IMG/VR virus record: IMGVR_UViG_3300020595_000038
Span: 1-61,478 of that record
DNA length: 61,478 nt
Strand: one strand, 5' to 3'
From: a virus
Lineage: Duplodnaviria; Caudoviricetes
Shown: in pieces, positions 28,064-38,100 of the stretch
Layout: the number at the start of each line of letters is the position of its first letter
How positions within the stretch are numbered: the first letter of the stretch is position 1
Made by a program: the position numbers and the translations under genes
The notes under the pieces: generated by a model
Seen by the model: only the letters and a program-made list of their open reading frames with translations
What the model was told of the DNA's origin: nothing
The model's database searches: none

Positions 28064-28323
28064 ATATAACTGTACTAGGACAAATAAAATTTATGTCCGA
28101 ACCTAAAGAAGTAAATGGAACAGATGGAGAAAGACATTCATTTAAAACTATATGGTTAAAAACTTTGGAAGACTCATACATTGCTGTCAACTGTTGGGAT
28201 GATTTTATTAAAAAAACTGATGGGTTTAAGTTATCAGAAATTGTAACACTTGATTGTAAGATAGAGTCACATAGAAATAAGAAAAACCCTTTGCTGTTCT
28301 ACCATAAAATATTACTAAGATGA
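28060..28323 (+). CDS. Small OB-fold (SSB/PriB-like) protein
   Basis: ITVLGQI...YIAVNCWD...VTLDCKIESH. Confidence 0.55.
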   Translation: MNITVLGQIKFMSEPKEVNGTDGERHSFKTIWLKTLEDSYIAVNCWDDFIKKTDGFKLSEIVTLDCKIESHRNKKNPLLFYHKILLR

Positions 28324-28934
28324 TTAGATCTACAACAATTATATATGAAGTGCTTAGGAAACACGACCTGTCTCCATTAGCATACATGTTGTGCGATCTG
28401 ATATACAAATACACATCAGTAGATGGGTTTTGCGATAAAACACTAACAGATCTAGCGGAGGAGTTAAACTCTTCATCTAGGACTATGAGTAGATATATGA
28501 CAGAGTTATCAGAGAAAGGCACTGTTGAGAACATAGGCACTAAAGCACATCCAAAGTTTAGAACTACTCCCCTTTGGTTTGATGTTGCAGTATCCGAGAG
28601 CAATGCAAAGATATCTCTTGAATATCAGAAGGTATGTAAGGAAGTTATATCCTACCTAAATGAGAGATTTAACCATAAATACAACCCAAGAACTTATGAG
28701 AAGAGATTTAAAAGCATCTTATCTAAAAAGTTTGATGGTGAGTTAGTCACAGGATCACAGATGGTAGATGTATTTGTGTGGTGTAAAGAAAATTGGAGCC
28801 AAAAATATCAGTCCTCTGTTACTCCTGAGGTAATCTTTGGTAACAAATTCGTAGAGAAGTATCTAATACAATATAAAGAGTGGGAGACAACGAGTAAGGT
28901 CACCCCCAACAGAAGAAACGTAGCAATAATATGA
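28320..28934 (+). CDS. Replication initiator-like protein
   Basis: N-terminal wHTH (LAEELNSSSRTMSRYMTEL); C-terminal EVISYLN...TPEVIFGNKFVEKYL domain. Confidence 0.75.
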   Translation: MIRSTTIIYEVLRKHDLSPLAYMLCDLIYKYTSVDGFCDKTLTDLAEELNSSSRTMSRYMTELSEKGTVENIGTKAHPKFRTTPLWFDVAVSESNAKISLEYQKVCKEVISYLNERFNHKYNPRTYEKRFKSILSKKFDGELVTGSQMVDVFVWCKENWSQKYQSSVTPEVIFGNKFVEKYLIQYKEWETTSKVTPNRRNVAII

Positions 28935-30655
28935 GCGATAATTTATCTAAACTGCAAGACATTGGCATTGAAGTCAATGGAAATAGTAACTCAGAACCTC
29001 AAAAGACTAAATGTCCTAAGTGTTCACACGATAGAAGAAAGAATAAGAATGAAAAATGCCTTAGGGTATGGGTAGAGACAGGAACTTATTACTGTCATCA
29101 CTGCGGAGATAACGGATCTGTTGCTGAGTATGAGACTAAGTATGAGATGCCTGTTGTAAAAGCATCTGCATTAAGTGACAAGGTGTTAAAGTTTTTTAAG
29201 GACAGAGGAATAAACGAAAGCACAATAGAATACTTTGGAGTTACCGAGGGTGTAGAGTATATGCCTCAGGTGTCTGCTGAAAGACCTGTTATACAATTCA
29301 ATTACATAAGAAAAGGTAGAAGGATCAATATTAAATTTAGAGATTCACAGAAGAACTTTAAATTAAATAAAGGATCTGAGTTGATCATGTATGGTCTCGA
29401 CTTAATCAAACCGGCTTCCTGGTGTATTATAACTGAAGGAGAGTTTGATGCTATGGCTTTTTATGAGGCCGGATCACAGGAAGGAAGACTTATGTTCGCT
29501 TGTTCTGTACCTAATGGTGCATCAACCGGAAATCAAAACCTCACATACTTAGATAATAGTATTGATGAGTTTGAAAATAAAGAAAAAATATACCTGGCTT
29601 TAGATAATGATGCTCCAGGTATTAAATTAAGAGATGAATTATCGAGAAGGCTTGGAAAAGAAAGAGTCTGGTTAGTAAGTTTTCCAGATGGATGTAAGGA
29701 TGCCAATGATGTTTTACTTAAACATGGATCAAAAGAACTAACTAACTGTATTGATCAAGCAAAACCCTTTCCCCTGGAAGGTGTAAGTAAAGCATCAGAT
29801 TCTCGATCTGAAATACACAACTTATATAATCATGGTATGCCTAAGGGAGATACTATTGGATATGAAAAGTTTGACGAGTTAATGTCTTGGAGACCAGGTG
29901 AATTTACTTTAGTAACAGGAGTCCCTGGACATGGTAAGTCTAGTTTTGTAGATCAAGTTGCTATAGAATTAGCAAAGAAGGGAAGGAAGTTTGGAATATT
30001 TTCTGCTGAGAAACAACCAATTAAAGTACATGTTGCTGAACTTATTGAGAAGTATTCAGGTAAAAGGTTTGGTAAAGGATCTATAGATAATTTACAACCT
30101 GAGGAATTAGATCCGGCTATTGACTTCATAAATGATCACTTCTTTTTTATAAATCTAAAAGACAACGATCTAACTGTTGATGGGATTTTAAACAAAGGAA
30201 AGGAATTAGTCAAAAAACTAGGTATAGACTTTTTAATCATAGATAATTGGGCATTCGTAGAGCATAAGATTGAACGAGGAATGAATGAGCATCAGTATAC
30301 AGGTATGCAGTTGTCTAAAATAAAAATATTTAAAGAGTCATTTGATTGTGGTGTAGTGTTAGTTGCTCACCCACAGAAACTTAAGAAGGAAAATGGGAAG
30401 GTTGAAGTCGCTTCAGGTTACAGCGTAAGTGGTTCTTCCCACTTCTTTAACAAAGTAGATAATGGTATTACTGTTTATCGAGATTTTGAAAAAGAACTTG
30501 TAGAGGTACATGTATGGAAAGTCAGGTGGAGGTTTACCGGTAAGACAGGTATGCAGGAATTTAAATATAATTTAACAACAACGTGCTACAATGAATACAG
30601 CGACAATGGGCAAGAGACAGCACCGGGGCAATTCCCGAAGTTTAGAGGACAATAA
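28931..30655 (+). CDS. Primase-helicase (T7 gp4/Twinkle-like)
   Basis: CPKC/CHHC, TOPRIM ITEGEFD and LDND, KDAND, Walker A GVPGHGKS, LIIDNW. Confidence 0.93.
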   Translation: MSDNLSKLQDIGIEVNGNSNSEPQKTKCPKCSHDRRKNKNEKCLRVWVETGTYYCHHCGDNGSVAEYETKYEMPVVKASALSDKVLKFFKDRGINESTIEYFGVTEGVEYMPQVSAERPVIQFNYIRKGRRINIKFRDSQKNFKLNKGSELIMYGLDLIKPASWCIITEGEFDAMAFYEAGSQEGRLMFACSVPNGASTGNQNLTYLDNSIDEFENKEKIYLALDNDAPGIKLRDELSRRLGKERVWLVSFPDGCKDANDVLLKHGSKELTNCIDQAKPFPLEGVSKASDSRSEIHNLYNHGMPKGDTIGYEKFDELMSWRPGEFTLVTGVPGHGKSSFVDQVAIELAKKGRKFGIFSAEKQPIKVHVAELIEKYSGKRFGKGSIDNLQPEELDPAIDFINDHFFFINLKDNDLTVDGILNKGKELVKKLGIDFLIIDNWAFVEHKIERGMNEHQYTGMQLSKIKIFKESFDCGVVLVAHPQKLKKENGKVEVASGYSVSGSSHFFNKVDNGITVYRDFEKELVEVHVWKVRWRFTGKTGMQEFKYNLTTTCYNEYSDNGQETAPGQFPKFRGQ

Positions 30656-30935
30656 TCAGAACTTACACCGGGTATCTTGGACCACAAATAAATGGGGCGG
30701 CAAGATCGGTAAGCAAGAAAAGTTTGATAGCGGTCAACTTTTACGTCTTGCTAACATAGATGAGATTGTTCCTGGTAAAGAAGAATACTTCATGAGGCCC
30801 AATGCACATGGTGAAGATTATTATTTAATCTATAAAGGATTTGATAAATCAACAGAGTACAAGGACATACAAAGTTTTGTAAAGCACAAGATGATTTATG
30901 TTTATAAGGATTTTAATAAATATGGCAAACACTAA
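30606..30935 (+). CDS. Hypothetical protein
   Basis: ORF between helicase and resolvase. Confidence 0.5.
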   Translation: MGKRQHRGNSRSLEDNNQNLHRVSWTTNKWGGKIGKQEKFDSGQLLRLANIDEIVPGKEEYFMRPNAHGEDYYLIYKGFDKSTEYKDIQSFVKHKMIYVYKDFNKYGKH

Positions 30936-31269
30936 CAGAAACAAAGGACACAATTACGAAAGACAATTGGTCAAAGACTTTAAAGAATTAGGATTTACAG
31001 ATTGCGTTACCTCAAGGTATGGATCTAAGATGTTGGATGATCGTGGTATAGATCTAATGAACACAGGACCATTTGTGATACAAGCAAAATGCTACAAGAG
31101 AAACCCACAGTATAAAAAAGTATTAGCGGACATGGTTATACAGCCAACAGATGTCCCTATTATTTTTCATAAAGCACCAGGAGGAAAAGAATATTGCATC
31201 CTACACAAAGAGGATATGATGGAACTTCTACAAATGCTAATTAGTAATAAGATTATAAATACACCATAA
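30922..31269 (+). CDS. Holliday junction resolvase-like nuclease
   Basis: NRNKGHNYER...GIDL...IQAK. Confidence 0.75.
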   Translation: MANTNRNKGHNYERQLVKDFKELGFTDCVTSRYGSKMLDDRGIDLMNTGPFVIQAKCYKRNPQYKKVLADMVIQPTDVPIIFHKAPGGKEYCILHKEDMMELLQMLISNKIINTP

Positions 31270-31349
31270 TAACTGAAAAAGTCCTGAAATATTTTCAGGC
31301 GAGAAGTGTCAAAACTTCTGAATATATATAACACTTTAATTATTTAATT

Positions 31350-31733
31350 ATGTCAAATTCATTAGAATTACAAGGTCGCATCAAAAACATCTCAGATGCA
31401 GTAACCATTCAAACCCAAAAGGGAGACATTGAAAAAAGAGTATTAACAGTTGAACTTGGTGGAGACACTCAGTATCCTGTAGAGTATCCTGTTGAAGCAA
31501 TCGGGGCTAAAGCAAATTTGTTTAGTGCTTACAAAGAAGGAGATGAAGTATCAGTTTCTATTAACCTTAGAAGTTACAGAGATCGTAATGGAGAGTTAAG
31601 AACGGCTAATGCTAATGCATGGAAGATCACTTATGCAGATGGAAACATTCCAAATGGAAAGGCAAAATCTCATGAGCAGAAAGTTGAAAACTTTGTCAAC
31701 GGAAAGCAAGAAGGTGCTGATTTACCATTCTAA
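31350..31733 (+). CDS. Single-stranded DNA-binding protein (DUF3127-type)
   Basis: ELQGRIK...QYP...GDEVSVSINLR...AWKI, tail DLPF. Confidence 0.85.
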   Translation: MSNSLELQGRIKNISDAVTIQTQKGDIEKRVLTVELGGDTQYPVEYPVEAIGAKANLFSAYKEGDEVSVSINLRSYRDRNGELRTANANAWKITYADGNIPNGKAKSHEQKVENFVNGKQEGADLPF

Positions 31734-31736
31734 TTA

Positions 31737-32072
31737 ATGGATACTAGAGAAAAAATTGAGAGGGTTGGTGCTGAAATCATCAGCCTTCTCATCTCTAAAA
31801 ACGCTGACTATGGTGATAGTGCTACATCACCGATCAATGTTTTTAGTGAGGGCAATGCAGTAGTTTCCTTATGTGCTAGGATAGATGATAAATTATCTAG
31901 AATTAAACAGAAAGGAATATATGATAAGACTGAAGATACTGTTAAAGATCTTACAGGATACCTAATACTTTTGTTGATCGCTTTGAAAGATCAAAAACAG
32001 CCAACAGAGGATATGAAGAATAGAAACAAACCTTTTAGAGATCATTCTGGATGGTTTTCAAATCACACTTAA
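31737..32072 (+). CDS. Nucleotide modification-associated domain 1 (DUF1599-like)
   Basis: KNADYGDS...RIDDKLSR...EDTVKDLTGY. Confidence 0.8.
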   Translation: MDTREKIERVGAEIISLLISKNADYGDSATSPINVFSEGNAVVSLCARIDDKLSRIKQKGIYDKTEDTVKDLTGYLILLLIALKDQKQPTEDMKNRNKPFRDHSGWFSNHT

Positions 32073-32083
32073 ACCATAAAAAA

Positions 32084-32296
32084 ATGGCACACGATATTCA
32101 CGCTATTGAAGAAGCAATTAGTCTATTAAAAAAAGATGGTTACATAGTCTATAAGAGATCTACAAAAAGTCCAAGGATCTACGATACACTTGGTATAAGT
32201 AAACTTATAAGTATTACAAAGAAAGAAGAAGATCTAAGTGAAAAAAGAATGAATATTATTGGGCAAAATGGGAATGATGGCTTGCATTACAAATAA
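32084..32296 (+). CDS. Hypothetical protein
   Basis: Ends RMNIIGQNGNDGLHYK. Confidence 0.5.
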   Translation: MAHDIHAIEEAISLLKKDGYIVYKRSTKSPRIYDTLGISKLISITKKEEDLSEKRMNIIGQNGNDGLHYK

Positions 32297-32308
32297 TGTA
32301 ATCATCTC

Positions 32309-33559
32309 CTAGTGCTTCAATTTATCCTTCAGCATTTTAAACATATCATTCACTCTGTATTTTTCTAAAATGTCAGAGTGATATTTTGTATACTTTTCTA
32401 GCATCTGTGGTGCTTGAGTATCTTTGTAATGTACTGAAATAGTATTGTCGTTTTGATACATGAGTTCTCTCATGTCAGCATCTGGAACACTAAGTATAGA
32501 TCCTGTTGTTTGAAATGCTTTTCTTACAGACTTAAAGGGATGCCCAGTAATTACTTTAAACCTGCGTTGTATTTTCGTCCAGAAAGTTAAGTCTTTACCT
32601 CCACCTAAAGGGAAAATAGACTCACATGTTGGATCAATCATATTATTTAATAAAGATATAATTTCCTCAATAGGATCTAACCCCATGTAAACCAGACCCA
32701 TTTTATTAGTTTTTGATCTATTATGTTTGTACACCATGTTCTTTTCACCAAATGAAAATCTTTCTGTATTTTCATAGGTCGAGTCTACAAATCTATCCAT
32801 TGATAACAAAAGAATATCACGAATATAAAGTCCTCTCATTGAGAACAGCAATAAGTAAGTTAAAATAGAGGTAACAGAAAATTCAAATTCATTATTGTTA
32901 ACGTCTAGACCATTAATAACCTTGATTAAATCTTCAGACCTCATCCATTTTGGTTCTAGTTTTTTAGAAGCAACAGTTCTGACGTATGAAAAAGAAGTAA
33001 ATGTAATCTCATCTTTTACTGCATGGTTATGAACTGCTTTTGCAACTCTCCTGTATGAATTAAATGAAGCAGGACTTCTTTGTAGTTCTTTAAATTTATC
33101 TTTTAGTTTTAACCAATTATTTTTATCAGCCAATTCTTCAAACGTAATTTTTCTAGTACCATTAAAATGTGTTGCAATCGTACACATTTGCCCTCTGTAA
33201 GAATTAAAAGTATTTTCTTTAATTTGATTTTTAAGATGTTGATCCATGTATGAAACAATATCGTTCAAACGAGACCCACCTAAAAGCCTATTGCGAGCCT
33301 CTTCGTATGTCAAAACAGCGAAAGTATTTTGATCATAGAGTTCATTAACAGTCCTACTTAATTTTTTTAGTTTTTTATTTACTAAGTCATAGTAAGGATG
33401 ATTGGGTTTAAGTCTTTTGTTTCTATTATCCCAATGTTTTTTAATTACTTTTATTTTAGTGGGAATTTTTTTATCAAACTGTTTGGTTTTAAAACGAACA
33501 TGTAATAATACAGATCCATCTTTATTTGTTTCATTTCTAGTACATATTGTTAATGCCAT
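32309..33559 (-). CDS. int: Bacteroidota-type tyrosine integrase, divergent active site
   Basis: Arm-binding N-terminus (NKDG...IPTKIKV..KHWD), SAM-like core, RGLYIRD, RSKT, KSVRK, HY. Confidence 0.8.
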   Translation of the reverse strand: MALTICTRNETNKDGSVLLHVRFKTKQFDKKIPTKIKVIKKHWDNRNKRLKPNHPYYDLVNKKLKKLSRTVNELYDQNTFAVLTYEEARNRLLGGSRLNDIVSYMDQHLKNQIKENTFNSYRGQMCTIATHFNGTRKITFEELADKNNWLKLKDKFKELQRSPASFNSYRRVAKAVHNHAVKDEITFTSFSYVRTVASKKLEPKWMRSEDLIKVINGLDVNNNEFEFSVTSILTYLLLFSMRGLYIRDILLLSMDRFVDSTYENTERFSFGEKNMVYKHNRSKTNKMGLVYMGLDPIEEIISLLNNMIDPTCESIFPLGGGKDLTFWTKIQRRFKVITGHPFKSVRKAFQTTGSILSVPDADMRELMYQNDNTISVHYKDTQAPQMLEKYTKYHSDILEKYRVNDMFKMLKDKLKH

Positions 33560-33825
33560 GGTTCCCAATTTGTTCCCTTAAGTATATTATACTACTTTTA
33601 GGTGGTTGACCACTAAGTTATGCACAATTTAAAAAAACCAGAGAAGATGTTATTAACATTAGGGCAAAGTTATTGTATGTTTGGGGCGATAAAACAACGA
33701 AATACTAATTATTAATCATTGTTAATTATAGTCAAATATACGACTTAATTTTAGATATTTACCCTGTTAGAAAGGGTTTAGAAGTATTTTTGATATTTCT
33801 TGTTTGTTCCCTAATTTGGGACACA
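33560..33825. other. Candidate attP / integrase control region
   Basis: Arm-like GTTCCC repeats at 33561, 33572 and 33806, inverted GGGACAC at 33818; TATATTTG on minus strand at 33733-33740. Confidence 0.4.
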
Positions 33826-33857
33826 AGTCTATTGTTAATAAGTTTGTCAGACGATTA

Positions 33858-34292
33858 CTACTTATGTCTGTTATCACCCATCACTTTTTCAATTCCACGA
33901 GAACCGAAGTATGCTCCAATAATTAAACTGAGGACTCCTGAGATTGCTTCTAATTGATAATCTAGATACCAACCAACAACATAACTGACTGAGAAAAATA
34001 TAAGCGTTAGAGGTCTTACATTAGCGGTTAACCATCCAGATGTTGAATCGGCTTCCCATCTTTTTGTAACTTCTTGCATCTCGATAATATCAAGTTCTAA
34101 AAGTTTAAGTGCTGTTTCTTTATCTTCTTTTGGTAGTACTTCAGGACTCTCTTTTTCGATCAAACTTTTAACCATACCTAATACACCGGCATCAGGCAAT
34201 ACATCACCTACTATACCTAATATAGATGGCACTTTGTTAATTAAAAATCTCCCCACCTTCGTGTCTTTAAATTTCTTTTTTGGTTTGCTCAT
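33858..34292 (-). CDS. Holin (3TM/GTA type)
   Basis: RWEAD...WLTANVRPL...GAYFGSRGIEK. Confidence 0.8.
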   Translation of the reverse strand: MSKPKKKFKDTKVGRFLINKVPSILGIVGDVLPDAGVLGMVKSLIEKESPEVLPKEDKETALKLLELDIIEMQEVTKRWEADSTSGWLTANVRPLTLIFFSVSYVVGWYLDYQLEAISGVLSLIIGAYFGSRGIEKVMGDNRHK

Positions 34293-34293
34293 G

Positions 34294-34596
34294 TCACTCA
34301 CTTTTTATTTCTTTAATTAACTGCTGTAACTCCTCAATGTCTTTTTGTAAATACTCAATTCTTAAATCTTGCTTTGCATCATCCGGTAAAGCACCCATTT
34401 CACCTCTAGGCCACTTAATTCTAAACTCATCATTTAATGTTTGATTATATTCTAACCTTACAAGTGAATTATCTATTTCAGAAATTTTAGCGGTTAAATC
34501 AAACCATATACCTGCAATTGTTACAATACCTATAACAATACCAACTAACGTCTTGATATCTAATTTAACTTCTGATTTGTCAGATAATTCATTCAT
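34294..34596 (-). CDS. Membrane-anchored coiled-coil protein in lysis cassette
   Basis: TM helix plus coiled coil; paralog of 13244..13549. Confidence 0.6.
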   Translation of the reverse strand: MNELSDKSEVKLDIKTLVGIVIGIVTIAGIWFDLTAKISEIDNSLVRLEYNQTLNDEFRIKWPRGEMGALPDDAKQDLRIEYLQKDIEELQQLIKEIKSE

Positions 34597-34756
34597 CGCC
34601 TTCCCACCATTTTATGTGCAGCATTATAAATATAAAGTACACGTTTAACTCATAACAATCTTCAACTTCATCAGGTGTATAGAATGACCAACCTAACATT
34701 GGACCAATCCTAAACCTTTCTGAAATTGCTACAACATAACCTAAATTATCGAACAT
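34589..34756 (-). CDS. Small hydrophobic protein in lysis cassette
   Basis: MFDNLGYVV...; overlaps both neighbours. Confidence 0.5.
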   Translation of the reverse strand: MFDNLGYVVAISERFRIGPMLGWSFYTPDEVEDCYELNVYFIFIMLHIKWWEGDE

Positions 34757-35171
34757 ATTTTTCCTGTATTGATTTGTATTCTTCTTGAGCATTAAAACTA
34801 GGACAAGCCTTTGAGGAGAAATTACAATGACCAAAAACCTCAGACCCTGGATAACTTGCACAAAGATAACCAACCAAGTATTCTAGGCTGTTAATTTGTG
34901 CATCCGTTCTAGTGTCTTTAGCATTCATATCAGCGTCTACTCCTCCTACATATGTTATGCCTATAGAAGTCTTATTGTGTCCCTTACAATGTGCCCCTGA
35001 TATCTCTATTGGTCGCCCCGAATTAATCTCACCATCTAATTGTACTACATAATGATATCCGATCTGTGACCAACCTCTTTTCTTATGCCACGAGTCGATA
35101 TCCCCCACCGATACGGCTCTTCCTTCAGGAGTTGCTGTACAATGAACTACAATCTTATCTATCTTTCTCAT
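34746..35171 (-). CDS. Endolysin, N-acetylmuramoyl-L-alanine amidase (T7 lysozyme-like)
   Basis: VVHCTAT, IGYHY, GAHCKGHN, GHCNFSSKACPSF. Confidence 0.95.
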   Translation of the reverse strand: MRKIDKIVVHCTATPEGRAVSVGDIDSWHKKRGWSQIGYHYVVQLDGEINSGRPIEISGAHCKGHNKTSIGITYVGGVDADMNAKDTRTDAQINSLEYLVGYLCASYPGSEVFGHCNFSSKACPSFNAQEEYKSIQEKYVR

Positions 35172-35173
35172 AA

Positions 35174-38100
35174 TTAATCTAGTATTGTTTGTCTCCAAAC
35201 TTTTTGGTTTTTTAATTTTGATTTTGCTTGAGCCGCAGTCCACATTTTTGCTATTGCTTTTTTATGTATGCTTTGAGATTTTCCTGTGTGAGTTAAAATC
35301 TTATCATCCTTTTTACCTCGACCATTCATATACCTAACAAGCATCTTGCTAAACTCTAGCCCTGTTGTTTGTTGGTGTTGGTAAAGTTCTTCCGGCTCTA
35401 GGACTCTTAAATCTCTACCTACTCTTAGAGGACGATTTTGTATTTTACCAGGGTAAGCATTATATTTATCTAAATATGCCCATCGAGGATCTTCACCTCT
35501 TATACCTCTCCAATGAGTATAAGGTATTACAGTTTCTCCCGGGTAACTCTTAGCCTCTTCTCCAAAAGCATCTATCTTAGGTTTACCGAAAACTTGACTT
35601 AATCCTGCCGCATATAGTAAAGCATTTTTAGCATCACCTGCACTGTATGAATTAGCATCAAATATTTTAGTTGCCTGTCTAAATAGATTTGCATTCTGTG
35701 GAAGTGGTCGTAAAAGCGTACCACCTACAGATCTTATAGAAGACTTACCCATTCTTTGTAAAGTCCTTGTCATGTCATCATCACCAACTTTATTAGGATC
35801 GTACTGAGTACCTCTACCAGTAAATGATTTAGTTACTGCTTCTGTCATATCTTTTACAGATGTTAACACAGATGAATCCATAATTAAGTTAGCAGAGTTT
35901 GCATAAGCAATAAGCAATCTATCTTGCATGTCATCAAACACCTCACCTTTTCCTCCTGTCATTTTCATTGTCTCCATATAGTTTCCTATAATTGCAAGAG
36001 GTATTGATAATGGAATAATATTTCTATAATCCATTGTTGCATCTCCAATCTTTACAGTATAAGGAGGAAGTGGAGCGTTTTTCATATCACTTCTTGTGTA
36101 TGGGTTTGAATTGTTATATCCACCACCGCTTACTTCAAAGAAAGGATTCTCATCATCATCTTCATAAGCCATGGCCGCTAATGCCGCTAAACCTAAGAAT
36201 GATGTTGTACCAAAGTATGCTCTAGATAATTGCTCTTCTCTCATCCTAGTACCCTTATCACCCAATCCATCTTTAGTAGCATATGCTCTTGCTAATCCAA
36301 ATCCAGGAGTAACATCAATCATGTATTCTCCAATGGACCCGATTATACTTGTAAACGGCACAAAGGATTTTAATACAAGTTTACCTAAGAAACTTCTATC
36401 AGGATCATTAGATGCTTGTCTTATTTTATTTGCTACAAATGCAATAGGATGTGTATAGAAAGGACCTCCTCTGTTATCAATAAACACTTGAGCATTACTT
36501 GCCAAGTTGGCATCAGTTGCAATACCCTTTATTTCAGCCTCTTTCATGGCTTTCATAAATTCCTTAAACTCTTCTATTGTTCCATCAAACCCATCCTTCT
36601 CTTTCATAACTTCAAGTTCAGCATCAGACTTGTTTACAAAGTCTTCACTATACCTTTTAGCCATTGCCTCATGCATCAGTTCTCTTACTCTTACTACTTC
36701 AATATTACTAAAGTCAGTATCAGGATCTGCCTTACGCATTCTATCCATTAAAGCCTCCATCTCCTCTTTAGCATGTGTCTTAACCTCTGTTGCTAAATAA
36801 AGATCAGCAGCCCTTTGTCTTAACTCGTTTCTTGGAACTCCATCTTTTTGAAGTTGATCCAATAGATAATTATAGTATCTACCTTCATAACCAACCTTAC
36901 TTATGAATCTATCCGTAGAGTTTAAAAGCCTACCTACGAACTTATAATAGTTATAAGGATTCGCTTTACCACCTTTAAATTCTGTAGTCTCAAGAACATT
37001 ATATTGACCAGACTCATTATTTGATTCTGTGCCCTGATACTTATCTACTCTAGCACCATTCTTCATTATATCCATGGCCATATTATAACCTTGAGATAAG
37101 CCTCTTCTATTTGAGCCGTTTCCTATTTTTCTTATAAAATTTAAATACCCTCCAGTAAATATTCTATCAACTCTAGACATATCCATTAATGGCTGTAAAA
37201 CTATATTAGCACTACCTGAAGTAGCATTTAATACCTGAGTAGATGCTCCTGAAAGCATAGCCGCATACTGTAATGCAAAAAATGTGTCTTGCCATGAATA
37301 TGATGGTACTACTGAATCCATATACTTATACATAGATCTCATAGCAACATTAGCCAACTCACTATTCTCTGGAGATTCTTTAATTATTTCATGTAACTCT
37401 TGAATTTTTGCTCTTTGCTCTGGTGATAGTGTTGTACTTTCTAACTTAGTTTTTCTACCTCCAAACAGCCTATTAATAAAATGTCCAATACTTCCTCTTT
37501 TATCAAAGGCTTCATTAAACTTCTCCATCGCAATTTCAGTTCTATCTATCAAAGATGCACTAGTTTGTGCGGTCCAAGATCTTAGAGCAGCAGATGCTTG
37601 CCCGGATAAAGTTCCATCCTCTGCTAACTGAAACTCAATAGCCGACATTGTTTCTAATGCGTTGTCAATCTCAGATTGTGATGCTCCTTCAGATCTAAGT
37701 TTACTAACCTTTAATCCGTAGTGATGAAGTGCTGCTTGTCTAGCAAGTTGAACTCTAGGTAATTCCTTTATAGTTGGATTCTTTTTAAGTAAGTCTTTTA
37801 TAACTCCTTCATTCTCAAACCCTCCTTCTTGTTGATTAACTTGATCTATGATATCCTCCATAGTCTCCTGCATACTCATAGTCTCGTAATAGTTTGGATT
37901 TTCATTTACCCAATCATATACTTCAGACTTACCTACATCATCGTTCTTTGCTTTGTTAATTGAGTTTTCTTCAAACCCTCTTTGCTTCATGCCTTTAGTT
38001 CCCATAAATTTATTAAGGACTAAACGTGCTTCTTCGGTAGACAGTTCTTTACCATCTACTCGCTGAGAGTATGTTTTTATACCATAAAGTAATTTGGAAA

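Noticed and set aside
31273-31320. CTGA...CCTG/CAGGCG resembling the hammerheads
   Set aside because: Core CUGANGA and GAAA are absent
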